Origin: Squalus acanthias
Lineage: Eukaryota
Direction: 5' to 3'
Length of the DNA stretch: 64,000 nt
Assembly (NCBI GenBank): GCA_030390025.1
Contig: CM059432.1
Coordinates: forward strand, 50,904,001 to 50,968,000
Made by a program: the position numbers and the translations under genes. Under the pieces are notes generated by a model, which saw only the letters and a list, made by a program, of their open reading frames with translations, searched no databases and was not told where the DNA came from. Shown here piece after piece: positions 61,031 through 64,000 of the stretch (its first letter is position 1; each line of letters begins with the position of its first letter).

Positions 61031-62939
61031 GTTGTGAGGATCTCACATTATAAAATTTGAATACAATAGGATAATATAATAATATAATAGAGCAAGACTG
61101 CTGGCACACTGTTGGTGGCAAAGTTTCATTTTTCACTTAATAACCTGTTTCACAGCATTGTTCTTTGTGTTTTAATTCTGGTTGTCATACACATCACATG
61201 TTTTGCAGTGCAATCTCCTTAGTTTTCACACCCTTTCCTGCAACAGTCTTGTTTCCAGCTGCAATTTAATTTAAAGAAAGTTCTCAGGATGAGAATTCCT
61301 TTGAGCGTTCCAATAGCACTACACAATTTGAATGACGAAAATGAATTCATAAGGGGATTTGAAAGGCGTGTTATATACACATCCGTCATTACCCAGGGCC
61401 TGCATTTGTAGATCAAGACAGACCTATCTGTGCATCTCCGTCTTTGCTTCTTTCCCCTCACAAGGAAGGCTGTCACTGGAGCAATGCCACCTGCTCCAAA
61501 CCAACCTACAGACAACTTCAACAACAGGGATGACTCTTACTGTAGCTGTGAAAATAACCAATGCATCAATCTTTCATTCAATCCAATCCTCCCAAGGCAC
61601 CAAACTCCCAACTTAGCCAGTCTACTGTCCATGGGACCAATTTTCCTGACCTTTATCGCAGGGAACATCTATTCACGTTGGGTCTCCACCCCTTTATCTT
61701 GCCCAGGATTCCCAGGGCCTCTCTGAGGGGCAGAGCAGGACCTGCACCTGCAATGGGCACAGACCCCATACAGCCTAGGTAATGAGATGGAGGGATCGTT
61801 TCCAGCTCTTCCGCCTCAGATTCCTGTGTTTACAGCCCAGTGATGCCTGAAGAAGCTTGCGGTCGGCCTGCGCCAGGACCTGCCTCAGATCACAGCATCT
61901 GAGGGGGCACAGCATTAATCTGAAGACAAGCCTAGTGATACGTAGCCTTTTCTTGTTGCTTGCAGGTCAATTTTCAGGCCCAGAGGCCTTGTGGCTGCTG
62001 TTCACCCTAGGCTTTCTTGGGATGTGGGTGGCATTGGCAATGCTGCATTTATTGGCCATCCCTCAGCTACCCTGAGAAGGTAATGGTGAGCTTTCTTCTT
62101 GAACCACTGCAATCATTGTGCTGATGGTGCTCTCACAATGATGTTAGGTAGGCATATTGACCCAATGAAGTTGAAGGACCCAATGAAGTTGAAGGAACAG
62201 CATAAAAAGATACTGTGCAATTTAGAGTGGTGCTTGGAGGTACCAGTGTTCCTATGATCTTGCTGTCCTTGCCCTTCTTGGTGGTAGCTGTTGAGGGACA
62301 GGGAGGTGCTGTTGAAGTAAGCTTGTACAGTTACTGCAGTGCATCCTGGTAATAGCACATACTGCAGCGCCAGTGATGGGGAGGGTGGATATTAAATCCA
62401 GTGGCAGAGGCACCAAGCAAGCAGCCCTTATGTTTCAGTGCAAGGCCCTGACCTGGTGGGCCTTTGCAGTACATGCAACCCGGCTATGTTAATGGGCTGG
62501 CCCATCAAAATTGGGCACAGTTTGATCCTGGATAGGCCACAGCATACTTCAGGGGTCCAGCACTGTGGCAGAGGAGGGCCAGGAAAACTGGGTCCCATAT
62601 TTGCAAGGGGCAATATCTTGTGGAAAATAGACATCATCTGGGCAGGGCACAGAACTTTATTGGGTGGCAGAATTCCAAGAGTACACAGCATCATAGATGG
62701 CATCACGTGGCCATCAGGGCTTCAATGGTCTACATGAACAGAAATTACTTCCATTCCACTAGTTTTCAGGTGGTGTCAGACCACAGAAACATTAGGGGTG
62801 ATTTTAAGCAAACCCACCCAGCAGGAAACGGACAGGATTGGGTCGGCCGCCTGTGTTACACCCTGCCTGATTTTACTTTCCATTTGAAGTCAATTCAATC
62901 AGTTTCCCACTGGGCGGGTTAGGTTAACATTAACCCCGA

Positions 62940-63125
62940 TATCATGCAAGCCAATGCTCGATAACCTGGAAGCATCCATGATGCATTCATTTTGCGCCAA
63001 TCCACTGTGCCTGGATTTTTGAAGGTACAGAAAGACAGGATGGATGGCTGCTGGCTACTTAAGGAAGACCTTCTTGGTCTGTAGATCCTGGTGAGTGGAT
63101 ATGAGCGAATAGGGAAGAGATTCAT
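62940..63125. pseudogene. Harbinger transposase remnants joined in opposite orientation
   Basis: On +, IMQANAR*PGSIHDAFILRQSTV...GWLL; on -, RSYPLTRIYRPR (N-terminal-like). Confidence 0.6.
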
Positions 63126-63444
63126 TTGTGAAGCCTGACTTTAAGGGCCTCCAACCTAGTTTCTTCCATGTCTTCATCCTTCCTCTTCATCATATAAGAA
63201 TAGAGGTATTCATATTGAGAATCCATATTTACAGTGCAAAGCAGTACTTTGACCAAAACTGAGAGAAACTAGTCGCAAAAGTAATGAAGAGATCGAAATG
63301 CAGGCAACGTAACTTTACCCTTGCGTAGCAGCAACCAAAATGGTCTCCTCAATGTGGCGAACACCTCAGGGATACCTTACTGGTGCTCCGACTGTCACTT
63401 ATATAGTGCTGGTCATTTTTTGAGGAGGAAGTTGGGGGAAACAG

Positions 63445-63991
63445 AGAGTCATAGAGTCATAACGGCACAGAAGGAGGCCATTTGGCCCATTTAGTCCATG
63501 CCGGCTCTCTGTAGAGCAATCCAGTCAGTCCCATTCCCCCACTCTATCCCCATAGCCCTGCAAGTTTATTTCCCTCAAGTGCCTATCCAGTCTCCCCTTG
63601 AAAACATTGAGTGTCTCCGCTTCCACCACTTCCGTCGGCAGCGAATTCCAAGTCCTCACCACTCGCTGCGTAAAAAAGTTTTTCCTCACGTCCCCCCTGT
63701 ATCTCTTGCCCAAAACCTTAAATCTGTGTCCCCCAGTCCTTGTACCATCAATTAGTGGGAACAGCCTTTCCCTGGCTAGCCTATCCAAACCCGTCATAAT
63801 CTTGTACACCTCTATCAAATCACCCCTCAACCTCCTTTGCTCTAATGAAAACAAATCCAGCTTCTCCAACCTGTCCTTGTAGCTAAGATCCCCCATCCCC
63901 GGAACCATTCTGGTAAATCTCCTCTGCACCCTCTCAAGGGCCTTCACATCCTTCCTAAAGTGTGGTGACCAGAACTGGATGCAATACTCCA
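63445..63991 (-). mobile_element. CR1 LINE 3' fragment
   Basis: ORF 63525..63947; (GACTCTAT)n tail. Confidence 0.92.
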
Positions 63992-64000
63992 GCGCTTTAT

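Overview
This is a repeat-dense, non-genic stretch of a vertebrate genome, most likely a shark or other cartilaginous fish (inferred from the CR1 LINE, Deu-domain SINE and V-domain SINE content). No host protein-coding exon could be identified. The centre holds two near-identical full-length PIF/Harbinger DNA transposons (36555-40702 and ~42027-46314) in inverted orientation, both inserted in one CR1 LINE and forming a ~9.8 kb palindrome. Each carries a DDE transposase and a convergent three-exon Myb/SANT gene. By manual splicing both Myb genes are open (459 and 488 aa), while each transposase has one different lesion: a CGA>TGA stop in copy A and a 1-nt deletion in the acidic tail in copy B. 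The window also has four MITEs with the same termini and 3-bp TSDs, several older Harbinger fossils, hairpin MITEs, about ten CR1 fragments (one with an open 964-aa ORF2 and an SGNH-esterase ORF1), RTE and L2 fragments, Penelope-like elements with minimal hammerhead ribozyme motifs, a solo LTR with a 4-bp TSD, and SINEs. Coordinates of degenerate elements are approximate.
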